Part shown: positions 39,561 to 49,853 of the stretch, piece after piece
Position numbering within the stretch: position 1 is the first letter of the stretch
How the letters are laid out: every line of letters begins with the position of its first letter
Source of the DNA: Candidatus Marinacidobacterales bacterium
Lineage (GTDB): Bacteria > Acidobacteriota > Vicinamibacteria > Marinacidobacterales > DATDRI01
Assembly: GCA_965219415.1 (NCBI GenBank)
Contig: OZ244742.1
Coordinates: forward strand, 1,696,001-1,760,000
Reading direction: 5' to 3'
DNA length: 64,000 nucleotides
Made by a program: the position numbers and the translations under genes
Notes under the pieces: generated by a model
Told to the model about the DNA's origin: nothing
What the model saw: the letters and a program-made list of their open reading frames with translations, nothing else
Database searches by the model: none

Positions 39561-39923
39561 TGAGAGAGCTCGAAGGGGAACAGGTCTTGATGCGGATTTT
39601 CATCGGAGAGAGAGAACCGTTGGAAGGGAAGAAGCCTCGTGGACTGCCTGGTCGAGCTCTTCAAGAAAGAGGGATTCGCGGGAGCGACGGTCTTGCATGG
39701 GACCCAGGGCTTCGGCGCCCACTCCCAGGGGATCCATCGCGATGCCATTCTGCGCCTATCGCAGGACTTACCGGTCGTGGTGGAGGTCGTCGACACCGAC
39801 CAAAGAATCCAGGAGTTGCTCCCCACGCTGGACGAGATGATGGGGGGAGGCCTCGTCACCCTCGAGAAGGTCCGGGTCATTCGATACCGTCCGCGCGGAG
39901 CGGAACCACCCTCGCGCGACTAG
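39560..39923 (+). CDS. DUF190 (PII-like) protein, frameshifted near 39610-39620
   Basis: LMRIFIGE..AGATVLHG..GFG..LSQDLPVVVEVVD..GLVTLEKV; TAATG coupling to crcB. Confidence 0.85.
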
Positions 39924-40082
39924 GCCCCAGCCCCCAGATTCGGGCCTTTCTGCACCCCATATTTAGTTGTCCCTATGGCAGGCCACCCAATATCTTGACC
40001 TTTGTCCGCGGAAATGCTACTTTCGCGTGTTCACGAAGCTCAGGAAACTGGCTCAGAAACCCGAATCGAGAGGTGATTCTTT

Positions 40083-41330
40083 ATGTCGAAGCGCTGGCTG
40101 ATTAGCGGGCTGCTGCTCATACTATCCACTGACGTCCCGAGCGCAATGGCGCAGGGGAGCTTGTTTCCCAGCGTAGGGGCGATCAACCGCGCGATGTCCG
40201 GAGCCTCCGTCGCAGCTCCACTGGACGCCGCTGGCGCTACTTACTGGAACCCCGCGACGATCAGCGCGTTTTCGAAGCAAGAGATCTTCGTCGGAGGCGA
40301 CTTCGTCTATGGAGACACTTTTCTGGCCACCGGCGTGGTAGGCGGTACGGCGGGAGAGAATCGAAGCGACAGCGGTCTGGCCGCGGCTCCAGTCATCGGG
40401 GTCATCAGCCGGCCCAAGGACTCCACGTTCACCTTCGGTCTGGGCATCTACTCCATTCTCGGTCGCACCATCGATTTCCGGGGGAGCGACTCCAATCCCA
40501 TCTTGAGACCTTTTGATCCTCCCAGATCGTTTGGCGTCGGGCCGGTGTCGGCAGAGCTCTCGGGACTTCAAGTGGCGTTGTTGATGTCGAAACAGATCTC
40601 GGACACCGTCTCGGTGGGCGGCGGCCTCACCGTGAACAGCGTTTCACTCGACCTGGATCCGGCTTTTTTCGCGCCGCGGAACTCGAACGGCACCTTTCCC
40701 GCAGCAACAAACAGCCGACCCAATTGGGGGGCCGGATTTCAAGTCGGCGTCTACTACGACAGTCGCGACAAGTGGAAATTCGGCGGGGCCTTCAAGAGCC
40801 AACAGTGGTTCGAGACATTCAAGTACAACTCCAAGGATCAGATCGGACGCGCCCGCGAGCTAAATCTAGAATTCGCACTCCCGTCCATCTTGACATTCGG
40901 TGTCGGCTACCAAGCGTCGCGGAGCACGCTGATCGCGGGAGACGTCCGTTATTTCAACTATGCGAGTACGCCGCTCTTCGGCCATTCTCCGGAAGTCGGT
41001 GGCCTCGGCTGGCGTAGCATCTGGGCCTTCGCGGTCGGAGCCCATCACCAATTCAACCAGATGGTTTCCGCACAGTTCGGATACGCGTACAGTCAAAGCC
41101 CGATCGAGGATGGCGAAACCATCTTCAATATGCAGCTCACTGCCGTCAATACCAATTCCCTGTCCGGAGGGGTAACGGTTGCCTTGACCAGGTCGGTGGA
41201 CATCGTGGGAAGCGCCGTCTATGCGTTCGAGGAGAAGAGCCAGGGCACTATCCTTCAGATTCCTGGCACCGCTATCCAGCTCAAACAGAGCCTCGGTACG
41301 TTCAGCCTGGGGCTACGCTTCAAGCTATAG
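40083..41330 (+). CDS. OmpP1/FadL-family outer-membrane transporter
   Basis: Signal peptide, RAMSGASVAAPLDA..YWNPA, amphipathic beta strands. Confidence 0.85.
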   Translation: MSKRWLISGLLLILSTDVPSAMAQGSLFPSVGAINRAMSGASVAAPLDAAGATYWNPATISAFSKQEIFVGGDFVYGDTFLATGVVGGTAGENRSDSGLAAAPVIGVISRPKDSTFTFGLGIYSILGRTIDFRGSDSNPILRPFDPPRSFGVGPVSAELSGLQVALLMSKQISDTVSVGGGLTVNSVSLDLDPAFFAPRNSNGTFPAATNSRPNWGAGFQVGVYYDSRDKWKFGGAFKSQQWFETFKYNSKDQIGRARELNLEFALPSILTFGVGYQASRSTLIAGDVRYFNYASTPLFGHSPEVGGLGWRSIWAFAVGAHHQFNQMVSAQFGYAYSQSPIEDGETIFNMQLTAVNTNSLSGGVTVALTRSVDIVGSAVYAFEEKSQGTILQIPGTAIQLKQSLGTFSLGLRFKL

Positions 41331-41332
41331 GC

Positions 41333-42775
41333 TCAATCCTGAAGGTATCCCAGGGCTCGGAGTCTCTCGATCGCTTGGGAATCGACGGGGAGCGGTGCCT
41401 TCTCGCTACTCAAGCGATCGATCAACGCCTCCAAGGTGGTCTGCAGTTCGTCCGCTTCTCTCGATGCCTGGTCGATACGGTTGCGGGTCTCGTAGGGGTC
41501 ACTCGCAAGATCGTAGAACTCGTCATCGCCATGGGTATAAAGAAGGTACTTAGAATCCAACGTCCGAAGCGCGTAATTCTGCCCCTTGGTCATGGACTCG
41601 AGCCGCAACTTGCGACGCTGCGGGTAGAGGCTCCTCTGCGCAAATGCGACGCGTTTCGAGTAACCCCCGCCCAACCCGCGCATCAAGGGCAGAAGCGATT
41701 GGCCTTGGATCGGCAATATCTGCTCATCCAGGGCACCCTCCGCCTCAACGAGATCCATGACGGTCGGAGCGAGGTCCACGTGCTCGACCACCCGATCCGT
41801 AATGACCTTACCGGCATAGAGATCGCCATCGAAATGGAAGATGAGCGGCACGTGCAGCTGGACGTTGTAGAGCTGTTTCGAGTGCCCAAACCACCCGTGG
41901 TTCTCTAGACCTTCTCCGTGGTCGGCGGTGACCACCCACAAGCTACCGCGGTCGAGCCCGCGCCGCTCCAGTTCGGAGTAGAGCCGCTGGAGCTCGGCGT
42001 CCACGAACGCAATCTCGCCATCGTACAAAAGGATCTGTCTTCGCAGCGCGCCGTTTGCGGAAGTATCGAGGCGGTGTTCCGTCTTAAGGAACTCTGTGTG
42101 CGCAAGCCGTTCGGCCACGTTCTTGGGCCACAATCTCTGGAGATGCTCTGCCGGTGGTTCGCGCGGACCGTGAGGATCGAACAGGTGTACCCAGAGGAAA
42201 AACTGCTCTTCAGGTGACACGCCGTCCAACCATTGAATCGCAGAATCGATCGTCTCGTTCGCTGGACGGTACAGCTTTTCGTCAGGATTCCTTTTCTTAT
42301 CGCGCGTTGTCGACCCCTCTCGAGCCAGCTCGTCGTAGTGATCGAACCCCTGCCGAAGGCCGCCCCAGTCGAAATGAGCGTCGGTGCTGGTGAAAGCGGC
42401 GGTCGCGAATCCTTGTCGGGCGAGAAGCTCCGCGAGGGTCACGAAAGACTCCTCGAGGCGGAAACCGTTGCGGTGGACGTTGTGCTGTAACGGATACAAA
42501 GACGTAAACAAAGACGCATGGGACGGCTGGGTCGTACTGGACTGAGCGTAGGCTCTTTGGAACACGACCCCTCGCTCGGCAAGGGAGTCGAGAAACGGCG
42601 AGACCGGCCGGGGGTAGCCGTAACTTCCGAGATGGTCCGCGCGCAGGGTATCGACCACCACCAGGACGATCCGCTCCGGGGGCGAGGGCTCGGGCGCCGC
42701 CGGCTCAGGAGGCGCGGTCGATTGGCACCCCATCGGAGAAAACGTGATGGCAACGACAGCGAGCAGCGGACCCAC
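41333..42775 (-). CDS. sulfatase-like hydrolase/transferase
   Basis: VVDTLRADHL, TTQPSHASL, DPHGP, TADHGE, LRALGY. Confidence 0.88.
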   Translation of the reverse strand: MGPLLAVVAITFSPMGCQSTAPPEPAAPEPSPPERIVLVVVDTLRADHLGSYGYPRPVSPFLDSLAERGVVFQRAYAQSSTTQPSHASLFTSLYPLQHNVHRNGFRLEESFVTLAELLARQGFATAAFTSTDAHFDWGGLRQGFDHYDELAREGSTTRDKKRNPDEKLYRPANETIDSAIQWLDGVSPEEQFFLWVHLFDPHGPREPPAEHLQRLWPKNVAERLAHTEFLKTEHRLDTSANGALRRQILLYDGEIAFVDAELQRLYSELERRGLDRGSLWVVTADHGEGLENHGWFGHSKQLYNVQLHVPLIFHFDGDLYAGKVITDRVVEHVDLAPTVMDLVEAEGALDEQILPIQGQSLLPLMRGLGGGYSKRVAFAQRSLYPQRRKLRLESMTKGQNYALRTLDSKYLLYTHGDDEFYDLASDPYETRNRIDQASREADELQTTLEALIDRLSSEKAPLPVDSQAIERLRALGYLQD

Positions 42776-42856
42776 CAGACCACGGCGAAAGATGGCGACC
42801 TCCTTACGTGTATGGTCGAGGTATGATGTCAGACAAATCTCGTGCTCGCCAAACGC

Positions 42857-43808
42857 ATGACGTTCCGATCGCTCTCACCTGCGATTCCGACCGTTTTGAT
42901 CTGTACGATTTCCTGGGCGGCAGGCACCCAAAGGGGAAGTCGCGGTGACCTTCGACGATCTCCCGGCCATCCAGATGCCCGCCTCCGATGCCTGCAATCT
43001 GGCAAGCATCGAGAAGATGACCGGACGCCTGCTCGCGAAGGTGACCGCGAGTCGCGTTCCCGCGGTGGGCCTAGTGGTCGAAAGCCGGCTCTGCGACGAG
43101 CTCCGAACACGATATCTAGCGCCACTGCTCGAACGATGGCTCGACGCCCGGCTCGAGCTCGGAAACCACTCCTACTCCCACTTCGACTTGAACCAAACTC
43201 CGCCCAAGCAATACCGCGAGGACATCGTACGGGGCGAATCAACCACGTCACGCCTTCTTGCCGATCGAGGCAGGAAGCTAAAGTATTTTCGCTACCCTTA
43301 CCTTCATACCGGCGACGAGTTGGAGAAGAAAAAAGCCATCCAAACGTTTCTCGTTGAGAGAGGGTATACCAACGCGCCGGTAACTATCGACAACCAGGAA
43401 TGGATCTTCGCCGCCCTCTACGCGCGCGCTCGAGACCGGGGAGACGGGTCGATCGCGAAGAAGGTCCTCGACGCGTACGTCCCATACATGGAGACGATGT
43501 TCGAGTATTACGAGGACTTGTCGATGAGGGTTTTTGGTCGTGAGATCCCGCAGGTGCTCCTACTTCACGCCAACCCGATCAACGCCGATAGCTTCGATGC
43601 GCTGGCGAAGATGATGACCGGTCGAGGCTACTCTTACATCTCACTCGAGAAGGCGCTGTCCGACGAGGCCTACCGCTCGCCGGACACATACGTGGGCCCA
43701 CAAGGATTGTCGTGGCTTCTCCGTTGGGCGGAGGCAGCCGATGTCCAAATCTCTAGGGAGCCACGGGAGCCCCAGTGGCTTGCGGAGCTCTTCCGCACCT
43801 ACAATTAA
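42857..43808 (+). CDS. polysaccharide deacetylase (CE4/NodB), frameshift near 42935
   Basis: VAVTFDDLP, LGNHSYSH, FRYPYL, LLLH. Confidence 0.87.
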
Positions 43809-43826
43809 ATAACCCGTCCCCGAACT

Positions 43827-44751
43827 CTACTTGTTTGCGACGTCCCAGAGCTGCTTCATCCGGGTGAGGTAATCGTCTTTGCTTTCGACGCCAGGCGAGA
43901 ATTGAACGTCGAGCACCAGCTCGTGAGCTCCAATCTCCCGAGCCGTGGCGATATCGGCTCCGATCTGCTCGATGGTGCCCGTAAATTCGGCGCGGTCGCT
44001 ACCAGAAGGTAAGTCGGAGAACTCGCAAGGGTTACCACGAACGATCAGCTCCAATTTGGAGGGGTCTCGACCGGCCTCCTTCGCCATCGCTTGGATCCCC
44101 CCGAACATCTCCGGCACCGCCTTGAGCGGAATACCGACCGGAAACCACCCGTTCGCCTCCCTCGCCATTCTCTGAAGAGCGCTTGGCGTGAAGGCTGCCA
44201 TGTAGATGGAGGGATGTGGCTTCTGAAACGGCTTGAGCCCGATGATCGATTCCGGAATCTGAACGTACTCGCCTTTGAACTCCACCGGATCGGTGGTCCA
44301 AATCGTTTTGATCGCCCGGATGAGCTCATCTGCGCGTTTGCCCTTCCCGGACCACGACGTTCCCGCCGCCTCATACTCATCCGGCGACCATCCCATCCCG
44401 AGCCCAACGCGGAGCCGCCCGCCCGAGAGCACGTCGAGACTGGTGAGGGTTCGCGCGAGCAGTGTTGGGTTGTACCAGGGCAGGTTCAGCACACTAGAGC
44501 CGACGGCAACGCGCTTGGTTTGAGCCGCTGCGAATGCGAGCGTTTGCAACGGATCCAAGGACGTCTTGTATAGAGCCGGGAGACTTCCGTCACCGACCGG
44601 GTAGGGCGCACGCGGCTTTATCGGCCACAGCAAGCGGTCCAAACACCCAAAGGCTGTCGTAGCCCAGTTCCTCTGCCCTCGTTGAAACCGCGGCCACCGC
44701 TTCCGGGCCGGCGGCCTTTCCTACTTGTGGAAGTGCAAATCCTAGACGCAT
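43827..44751 (-). CDS. LLM-class flavin/F420-dependent oxidoreductase, frameshift near 44641
   Basis: MRLGFALPQ..AEELGYDSLWV-DRLL; LDVLSGGRLRVGLGMGW; KPFQKPHP. Confidence 0.88.
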
Positions 44752-44764
44752 GGGAACCTCCTTG

Positions 44765-45050
44765 CTAGGAGCCCGCGGCTTCTAGCGAATTCTTTGGCAA
44801 ACGGATGATAAACGTAGTTCCTTTTCCGACCTGGCTTCTCCACTTCGATATCGCCGCCATGTTTCCGTACGACGTTTCGCGCCGTCACCAGGCCCGAGCC
44901 CATCTTAATGCGCGAGCCAGTCGCCGAGAAATCGAAGTCGAACAGCCGACCCAGCTTTTCTTCCGGAATCCCCTTGCCGGTATCAGAGATTCGGACGTGG
45001 ATGGAGTCTACGTTTTCCCTAGCTTGGATGCGAATGGTCCCTCGCTGGTG
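44765..45050 (-). pseudogene. orphan C-terminal HATPase_c fragment of a histidine kinase
   Basis: Hand translation: GTIRI..VRISDTGKGIPEEKLGRLFD..KMGSGL..RKHGGDIEVE/SQVGKGTTFIIRLP; no start codon. Confidence 0.75.
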
Positions 45051-46298
45051 CTATCGCAAAGAACGAAGTGCGAGCAGTCCGAGGATGGCCACCGCGATCC
45101 CGAGGGCAACCCATAGCACGATCGGGTGCCGCTCACTCCAGGGCTCCGGGCTCAGGTAACCGGGGTTCGTCGCCTCCGGGCCGAGCTCGCCTGCGGCAGC
45201 CGACTCGAGCTCGTCTCTAGGAGTAATCCGCGACAGATCGTACTCGGGTCGGGAAGTGCGGCTATTACCGTACAGAAGTTGATAGGTCGTTCCCGGTTTT
45301 TGGCGAAAGACGACGTGGCGTGGCGTCCCTTCTAACGTGGGAAGCAATCCTTCAACCGGCGAGTCATTCCGGTCGAGCACCGCGACGCGCCAATAGCGGC
45401 CACGGGCCTCGGGGAACCGAACCTGCAGCGACGTGCGTTGATCCTGCTCCTGATCACTCGCTCCGGGTTTCGGGTAGCGGTATATGTTTCCCTGTCCGAC
45501 GCGTCGCCATTCTTCCCCGTCGATGCTCACATCTACTCGTACGGTTCGATGAAACTCTGCCTGCTCCGCGTGAAAGCGTACGAACGAAGCAGGTACATAC
45601 TCGATTCCGAGATCAGCTTGCCATCGACTCTCCTTCGAAGCTGTGCCGCGTTCCGGTCCGAGAACGGGGAGGTCGACGAGCTCCGGGGCTTCGACGATCT
45701 CGTACGCGACGCGACAGCCGTAGACCGCGAACCGTCTTTCCGGTTCGAGAATCTTCAAACGCAGCCAACGGGCTCGAGAGTCTGGATAAGAAACCACGGT
45801 CTTGCCTTCACGCGTATTGTCGAACCGAAAGATGGGTGCCTTTTCCTGCAGCACATGCCAACTCTCCCGATCGTCACTGGCGGCGACTTCGACCCACGCG
45901 AAGAACTCGTTGACACCGGTTTGTATTTCGAGGGAGTTGTGTGCGTCGTGGTCGGAGCCCACGTCGACCACTAGCTGAGTGTGCTCCCCGGGGATGAACC
46001 CGAGGTCGGCGATCTCACCTTGCCGCCATTGCCGCTCCTCCTTACCGACGCGCGCAAGTAGGACAAAGGGAACTTCCCGCCCGTTCGCCCCGATGACGCG
46101 CACGTCGGCGAGACTCTTCTGGGCGCGGCCAAACGTCTCGAGTGGTAGGGTCACACGCACCAGACGGGGCTCGACAGCTGACTCTAAGGAGATCGGCCGG
46201 GAGTACCGCCAGTTCGTCCACGCGTCGGGAATCTGGGCCCGCACCGTGGGTGCCAAGCCACAGAAGACCAGGACGGCAAGCGGGAACGGCTTCTTCAT
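45051..46298 (-). CDS. DUF3999-like exported protein with C-terminal TM anchor
   Basis: Signal peptide, LADVRV..EVPF, DRNDSP, YQLLYGN..PEYDL, LWVAL; coupled to DUF2339. Confidence 0.75.
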   Translation of the reverse strand: MKKPFPLAVLVFCGLAPTVRAQIPDAWTNWRYSRPISLESAVEPRLVRVTLPLETFGRAQKSLADVRVIGANGREVPFVLLARVGKEERQWRQGEIADLGFIPGEHTQLVVDVGSDHDAHNSLEIQTGVNEFFAWVEVAASDDRESWHVLQEKAPIFRFDNTREGKTVVSYPDSRARWLRLKILEPERRFAVYGCRVAYEIVEAPELVDLPVLGPERGTASKESRWQADLGIEYVPASFVRFHAEQAEFHRTVRVDVSIDGEEWRRVGQGNIYRYPKPGASDQEQDQRTSLQVRFPEARGRYWRVAVLDRNDSPVEGLLPTLEGTPRHVVFRQKPGTTYQLLYGNSRTSRPEYDLSRITPRDELESAAAGELGPEATNPGYLSPEPWSERHPIVLWVALGIAVAILGLLALRSLR

Positions 46299-48127
46299 CG
46301 CTCCTCGCGCTCCGTGGCCACCTTCTGTTGATAGAAGAATGAGACCACGACCAACAACACTCCCAGGACCGCGAAGGAGGCGATTCGGTAGACGCGCTCT
46401 AGGAAGGAGAGATCGTACAGAAACACCTTCACCACCACGACCGAAAAGAGGGCCAGCCCCAACCACCGCACCGCGGCACTACCACTTCGAACGCCCCACA
46501 ACATCAGGCCGGTCGCGTAGAGGGTCCACAACAGGGAAAGCGCCAGCTGCTGAGTGAGTCGCGTATCCGCGCCCAGATCCAGACGCATCCGGCCGAAAAG
46601 GCCCCACACTTCCAACGACAGCGACGAGACCAACAAGACGTTTGCGGCGAGGCCTACGACTTCGAACGCGAGACGCTCACGCTCCGACAGCATGCCGCGA
46701 TGGCGTCGGGAGAAGGCGAAGGCTGCGGCAAACGAAGCCACAACGATGGCGTAGGTCAGGAATCGAGGGTTCCATAGAAACTCCTGCGCGGACACTCTGA
46801 AGAGCAGCAGGCGGGCGCCGGCGATGACGAACAATACGATGCCGGCCCATCGCAACAATCTCAGGTTCACCTGAAAGCCACTCCAGATCAGCACTGCTCC
46901 TTCGACCGCCCAAGCGATAGTGATCCACTTGCCGTCCAGCCTTATGGGAATCGCTAGTGTCACGAAAGTGAGAGCCAAACCCGCGAACAGCAGACGTGAG
47001 ACTGAGCGCTCACCCGTCTTTGAAGCTGGAAGGAGTCGCGCCGCTCCCAAGTGCGCGGCACCGAGAGCCAGCACCGCGACGGTCAAGACCCACCGATGAT
47101 CTCCATAGAGGAGATACTGGAGCGCGCCGAGAAACGCCCCTGCGTTCGCCAACACCAAAATAACGTGCTCCGACGCCATGTTTCCTAGTCGACGCGATGG
47201 AAGGATGGGAACCGCTGCGAACTGCACGAAGAAGAGCGTTGCAAAGAACGCGGTGCGCCCCAGTTTGGCGACTTTGTAGAACTCTTCGATCCAGGCCCAG
47301 AAGTAAATCGTCGTACCTGCGAAGGCTACCAACTCTAAACTGCGCCAACTACGTAGACGAGCGACGACGAGCATTCCTCCGTTCAACACCGCGAGGTAGA
47401 TGAACAGAGGGATCTGCGCGTCTTTGCCTGTGCTGAGCAAGATCGGCGTGAGTAGACCACCGATTTGGGCAAGCAAAGCCAGCGGCTGCGAGTCCCGCCC
47501 CAGCGCAATCGCGACCATCGTTCCGGTCACGACGATCATCCCGGCGAACGCGACCGGTTGGGGAAGGAGTTGATAAAAACTCCAGGCGGCGTACAAGGAA
47601 GCGTACAAAACACCGGCTGCCAAACCGGCGATTCCGCCCGAGAAATAGCCGTAACCTCGCCGCAACAGCCACTGGCTGAACACCAGTAGGCCAGTGCCCG
47701 AAAAGAGACCTAAGGCAACGCGTCCACTGGGACCAACCCATTCGTTGTCGAACGCGTACTTGAGGAAGAAGATCGCGGCGAGCAGCAGCGCGATGATTCC
47801 GACGCGGTTGAGCCAACGACCGGCGATCAGTGTTTCGAGATCGAGCCCGGCCTTCGCGGCGACCGGGACCGGGTGCTTAGGCGCCGCGGTCGACGGAGGC
47901 AACGCGTCAATGGCAGCAGGGGCAGGAGGGGCCGCAGTTTCGGAGACAGGAACCGGCGCAGCTTTTGGTTCGGCGAGGCTCGGCGATCCGCCTAGCTCTC
48001 GGAGCCTTCGAGCGAGTTGCCCGACGGTTCGCTCTAGCGCCGAGACTTTGACCAACGCGATGATCGCCAGGATCGGCCCACCCAACAGAATGAGCCCGGC
48101 GACAATGACCAGCGATAGGAACTCCAT
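46295..48127 (-). CDS. DUF2339 multi-pass membrane protein
   Basis: LETLIAGRWLNRVG, FFLKYAF, KVFLYDLS..RIASF. Confidence 0.88.
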   Translation of the reverse strand: MEFLSLVIVAGLILLGGPILAIIALVKVSALERTVGQLARRLRELGGSPSLAEPKAAPVPVSETAAPPAPAAIDALPPSTAAPKHPVPVAAKAGLDLETLIAGRWLNRVGIIALLLAAIFFLKYAFDNEWVGPSGRVALGLFSGTGLLVFSQWLLRRGYGYFSGGIAGLAAGVLYASLYAAWSFYQLLPQPVAFAGMIVVTGTMVAIALGRDSQPLALLAQIGGLLTPILLSTGKDAQIPLFIYLAVLNGGMLVVARLRSWRSLELVAFAGTTIYFWAWIEEFYKVAKLGRTAFFATLFFVQFAAVPILPSRRLGNMASEHVILVLANAGAFLGALQYLLYGDHRWVLTVAVLALGAAHLGAARLLPASKTGERSVSRLLFAGLALTFVTLAIPIRLDGKWITIAWAVEGAVLIWSGFQVNLRLLRWAGIVLFVIAGARLLLFRVSAQEFLWNPRFLTYAIVVASFAAAFAFSRRHRGMLSERERLAFEVVGLAANVLLVSSLSLEVWGLFGRMRLDLGADTRLTQQLALSLLWTLYATGLMLWGVRSGSAAVRWLGLALFSVVVVKVFLYDLSFLERVYRIASFAVLGVLLVVVSFFYQQKVATEREER

Positions 48128-48428
48128 CGGACGTTTTACCTCCCCGGTTGCTGGGAATGCCAACTAACCACCGAGCGACCTAGCAGCATGAATCGTGCCA
48201 CCAAGGATGCTTTCCAGGCATAACCAACTACATTTAAATCACTTAACTCGATTTCGGCTTGGGATTTGCGGCCCAATAAGAACATTCTGTGCGGACAGTT
48301 CGTGCCATGATCTGTACAATCCTTGCACATCGGTTCTTTCGACCGATACGGCCCCGCGTACGAGCTTCTTTTGTCTGGATACCGGGAGAAGGCTTCGTCC
48401 GCCTTACGTCACATTATAAGTCAGCCTG

Positions 48429-48743
48429 TCAGGCCCGCGGTTCAATGCCGTTACGTTTGCTGACTTCCACTGCAAATTGTCGAAGGAGCTCGTCTAGAAA
48501 CGCAGTGTACTCTTCCGTCGAGGCAAGGTAGGCCTTACCCATCTTGTCCTGTACGAACCCATCGACATCTTTGAAGAACGGATCGTCCTTCAATTCGGGG
48601 AATACCTCCAGTAAGCGCGAAATAGTCTCGACCAGACGTAGGGTTGCGGTGTAAACGCCCTCGTCGATTCCGCTCCGAGCCGCACTGGCAAGAAACGCGA
48701 AAACGGGAAATAAATCCTGATCTAGCTTCTTCTTGTCCCTCAT
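48429..48743 (-). CDS. hypothetical protein resembling DUF6092
   Basis: AFLASAARSGIDE..Y..LRL pattern; ATGA overlap with the nitroreductase. Confidence 0.6.
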   Translation of the reverse strand: MRDKKKLDQDLFPVFAFLASAARSGIDEGVYTATLRLVETISRLLEVFPELKDDPFFKDVDGFVQDKMGKAYLASTEEYTAFLDELLRQFAVEVSKRNGIEPRA

Positions 48744-49267
48744 AGTAGTGGCCCGTATCGATTGTGATAGACGGCGGCCCCTTGCTTGTTCGCCTTCACC
48801 GACTTCGGAGCTGCAATGGGATGACCAATGGGGATGATCATGTCTACGCGACAGTGATCGGGGAGTCCCAGAACAATCCTAATGCCGGCCATTGCTGCGA
48901 TCATCGTGAATTGCGATCCAAGACCCAAAGCGGTTGCCCCCAGAAGCACGTTTTCCCCAGCCGCCCCTGCGTCCACCAAAGTACAGCGTGCAGCTACCGG
49001 CCCCACTGTTTGGTATGCCACTTTTTCATCCGTAAAGATGATCATCAACATCGGTATGTAGTTGCGATTCAGCGAAGGTGAAATCTGCTGTATGGCGCGG
49101 ATGACTCCAGGGTCGTCAACCACAATACAGTGTCGATAAGGTCTGTTCGACGCCGTCGGGGCGCGACTTACCGCGTAAATGAGCCTATCCAATTGCTCAC
49201 GAGACACCGGGACCTCCGAAAATGCGCGGCATGCCCTTTTCTTGGCCAAGACCTCGAATAATTCCAT
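48740..49267 (-). CDS. nitroreductase family protein
   Basis: KRACRAF, APTASNR, DAGAAGENVLLGATALGLGS. Confidence 0.9.
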   Translation of the reverse strand: MELFEVLAKKRACRAFSEVPVSREQLDRLIYAVSRAPTASNRPYRHCIVVDDPGVIRAIQQISPSLNRNYIPMLMIIFTDEKVAYQTVGPVAARCTLVDAGAAGENVLLGATALGLGSQFTMIAAMAGIRIVLGLPDHCRVDMIIPIGHPIAAPKSVKANKQGAAVYHNRYGPLL

Positions 49268-49276
49268 TGTCTTTCT

Positions 49277-49735
49277 CTAGCCGGAGCTTCGGCTAAAACG
49301 GATTTGGTTACCACTCGGGAAGAAGATCACCATTTCGTCGCCCTTGATCTGGAAGCGGCAAGGTTCGGTCGTCGGCTCGGCGTGCTTGATCTCCATGCGG
49401 AGCGGCGCGGCCGGAAGGGTGCCCAACTCCTCTCCCGCCGACATATGGTACTGGTGAGAGAAGGTGAGGCTATCCCCGTCCAGGACATAGGTTCCCGCCT
49501 CGCCCGAGCCACGACGCGGCTTCTTGTCCGAATCTAGAGTGAAGAACAACGTGACCCAATCAGTCCCCGTAAAGAAGATGAGGCCATCGAGTGCGTGTGA
49601 GGAATTGTCTTTCAGATCATAACTCTCCGCCTTCCACGCACCTAGAATCGAAGATTCTTCACCCATAGCGGGCGAGGAAAGGGCGGCGACCAGGGGGATC
49701 AAAACCAAAACGAGCATCCATCGAGACGACGACAT
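49277..49735 (-). CDS. secreted lipocalin-like protein
   Basis: Signal peptide, ILGAWK, GTYVLDGDSLT; AGGAG RBS. Confidence 0.65.
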   Translation of the reverse strand: MSSSRWMLVLVLIPLVAALSSPAMGEESSILGAWKAESYDLKDNSSHALDGLIFFTGTDWVTLFFTLDSDKKPRRGSGEAGTYVLDGDSLTFSHQYHMSAGEELGTLPAAPLRMEIKHAEPTTEPCRFQIKGDEMVIFFPSGNQIRFSRSSG

Positions 49736-49853
49736 ATTGAATCTCCTTTCGCGACCCTCTCCACTACCTGTCGCGACGGGAATTTTCAAGTGCCATGGGG
49801 CCATGGGCTAGGGGGTTTGTCCCCGGAGAAGCACCGGGGTCAGAGCGAGAGAG

